DNA of 63,744 nt, the filler included, from Octopus bimaculoides (Eukaryota): NCBI RefSeq assembly GCF_001194135.2. It is 8 parts of 7 records of this genome, joined end to end, with 100 filler letters (N's around TTAATTAATTAA, not from the genome) between each part and the next. Parts side by side here need not be neighbours in the genome. Positions count along the whole stretch, not along the records: positions 60,276 to 63,744 come from NW_026346559.1; 7 more parts are not named here. One strand, given 5' to 3'. How positions within the stretch are numbered: position 1 is the stretch's first letter; every line of letters starts with the position of its first letter. Under the pieces are notes generated by a model that made no database searches, was not told the origin of the DNA, and saw only the letters and a list, made by a program, of their open reading frames with translations. Made by a program: the position numbers and the translations under genes. Below are positions 61,290 through 63,744 of this stretch, piece by piece.

Positions 61290-63744
61290 CTACCCATTGT
61301 CCTTTTCGAAGGAACAACTGCTTGCTTGCAAGGCAATGTTTAAAAAAGGCGAACACATCATGCAACTACAAACACCACAAAAAATCAGAAGAAATTAAAA
61401 TAAAAACCCAATCATTTACAAGACACTCATCCTAAAAGCAAAACTTTACGAAACTGCCTCCCAAGAAACAGGGGAAAAAATTGGCCACAATCAAAGCTAG
61501 AACCGACAGTGAAGAACGAGCCAAGGACCTCTCCACAAAAACTTTTGAATGCGAGAACTTAATGATGATCCCTACATACCTTCGTCATTGGGTCACAAAA
61601 ATAAAAATCAAAGATGTGCCCTCTGAGATAGAAATAAAATGGCTTGTGTCTGCCATTTGTTCCAATATTGAGGAGGCAATCCATATCTTGGAAATCGCTG
61701 TCCTGGACCAGCAAAAATTTTGATTGGTCAAGAAGTGGAAATCCTTGCTCAAGTTGACCCAATCAACATTGAAATGATTCCACATCTAATCAAACCGGCA
61801 GACAGTTCGAATTTGCATGTGGCCGTCGAAGGCAGAAAGCCTTGTTGCTACATTTGTGGTAGCAAATCACACCTGAAAATCAATTGTCCACTAGCACAGA
61901 AACACCAACAGCAACAACTACGACAACACGATCAAGAACAACAACAACCACAACAAGAACTCCACCCCCCCCAAAAAAAAACAGCACTGCTAGCCACACC
62001 GTCATATGCACAACTGATAAAATAGCTCTACAAACAAATGAAGGAACATCAGCAACCAACAAGCTAGCCCAACCAAACGACACCACCATCAGCGCCACCA
62101 AGAACAGAAACAACACCATCACCACCACCATCATCGACTCCAAAGGAAGAAGAGAAAACCAAAATGACTCATACCCCACCCCCAAAAACCCATACACTAC
62201 ATCTCAACTGTCACCAGCCAGCACCAACACTAACAACAAAATCAACACGCTCAGAAATAGAACCCCAATACCCTTCCCCTCCCACTTGATTTCTTCGACA
62301 TGTCAGATGAAGACGACACAAAGGATTGGCAGGGGGAAGGAGAAAAAAGGGGGAAAAGAATAGAGAAGCAGACTAACAAAGCAGGGAGGTTTACCGCTCC
62401 TGAACCCAAAACACCTGCAGAAAACAAAAGCATTAACACAAACACACTAACACCAAATGTCCCAACGATGTTGACAGCTATAAACACTAGCAATCCACAC
62501 CTAATGGAATACATTAGGTCAAACACCAGCATAACAGGAAACGATACCAAAACAAATAATCACCAATGCACAACACCACTACAACACATTAAAGTCATAC
62601 ACATAACACAGAACATACACAACACACTAAAATATCTCTACCCGGATGCAGTAGGGAGATTTCAAAAATACCTCTCTAAAAAACTGTACAAAAACCTTCT
62701 GGGAGAAGACTGAGGTGAAGGACAAACAACCTTTGGAGAGNNNNNNNNNNNNNNNNNNNNNNNNNNNNNNNNNNNNNNNNNNNNNNNNNNNNNNNNNNNN
62801 NNNNNNNNNNNNNNNNNNNNNNNNNNNNNNNNNNNNNNNNNNNNNNNNNNNNNNNNNNNNNNNNNNNNNNNNNNNNNNNNNNNNNNNNNNNNNNNNNNNN
62901 NNNNNNNNNNNNNNNNNNNNNNNNNNNNNNNNNNNNNNNNNNNNNNNNNATTTTTCTCATGTCTGCCGAGAATGCAGCGGTGCTTCTTCGGAAGAGACTG
63001 GACCTCAAAGTAAGAGCAATTTTCCTAGACCCGGAGGGAAGGATGGTCGTCTTGGATGCCGATGGCAGTAACGGGTATGCTTTTTGACTGATAACAGTTT
63101 ATGCACTATCCTTAACAGGTTGGCTAGATTTCTTTCGCCGTCTAGAGGTTTTCCTGGGAACGTCTCGACCTATTAGTGGGGGATTGGAACGATACCTTGG
63201 ACACACATTTAGACTATGTGGGCAGAGATAGTTATTACTATGTAAATGCCTCAAAGAACTGCTCAGACGTTTTTAACTGTCTGACAGGTACCGACTGGAC
63301 CACCCAAATGTGCCAACGTGGACATGGAGCAACTGCATCGGGTCGTCCAGATCGTATTTAGATAGATTATTCTGTATGACAGTGGACAGGGATAGTATAG
63401 GTTGTCTACAATTCCATATAGTCAGCTACACAGATCACAAATTCGTGACTTGTACACTCGACTTAGATAAGAACCACAGTCAGGGTCCCAGTTACTGGAA
63501 GCTGAACGCGTCGTACACAGCATGTCAAGCTTACAGGGACCGGATTAGCACATTAGTTATGAGAGCATTGGCGGGTGCCATCGCCAACAATAGATGTTGG
63601 TATGCACTAAAGCAAGCGATTAAAGCAGAATCAGTTAGATACAGTAAGGCTCTAGCATTAGACTGAAATAAAACAGAGGGATACCTAGTTAAGAAATTAG
63701 AAGAGGCAATTAGAACTGGCATTGCGTCCAACATACTGGCGGCG
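61290..63744 (+). mobile_element. L1/Tx1-clade LINE: ORF1 with zinc knuckle and start of ORF2 AP endonuclease (decayed, runs off window)
   Basis: VEGRKPCCYICGSKSHLKINCP (CCHC, 61846-61887); ORF2 DPEGRMVVLD, ITVYA, VGDWND, SYLDR, YTDHK, GPSYWKLNAS. Confidence 0.9.

Overview
AT-rich, gap-riddled animal genomic scaffold. The repeat families, microsatellite load and TTAATTAATTAA gap markers suggest an Octopus (bimaculoides-type) draft assembly; this is inference. The only host gene I can support is two internal exons on the + strand (21108-21261 and 26117-26241). They splice in frame into a peptide resembling the C-terminal half of centromere protein I (CENP-I), and the ORF track misses both. Nearly everything else is transposon debris: RTE, CR1/L2, CRE, R4/Dong-like and L1/Tx1 LINEs, several Penelope-like (PLE) fragments, mariner, a Helitron end, MITEs (one with perfect 28-bp TIRs, an 8-bp TSD and telomere-like repeats) and at least four SINE families. 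The most unusual signals are four minimal type-I hammerhead ribozyme motifs with palindromic stem III, one of them with an intact core. There is also a head-to-head palindrome of tRNA-like Pol III heads running into a half hammerhead inside the CENP-I intron, a stack of different R4/Dong-like LINEs at (TAA)n tracts, and a young retroelement that may supply a branch point for a CENP-I exon. No rRNA, true tRNA gene or CRISPR array is supported. Coordinates of decayed repeats are approximate.
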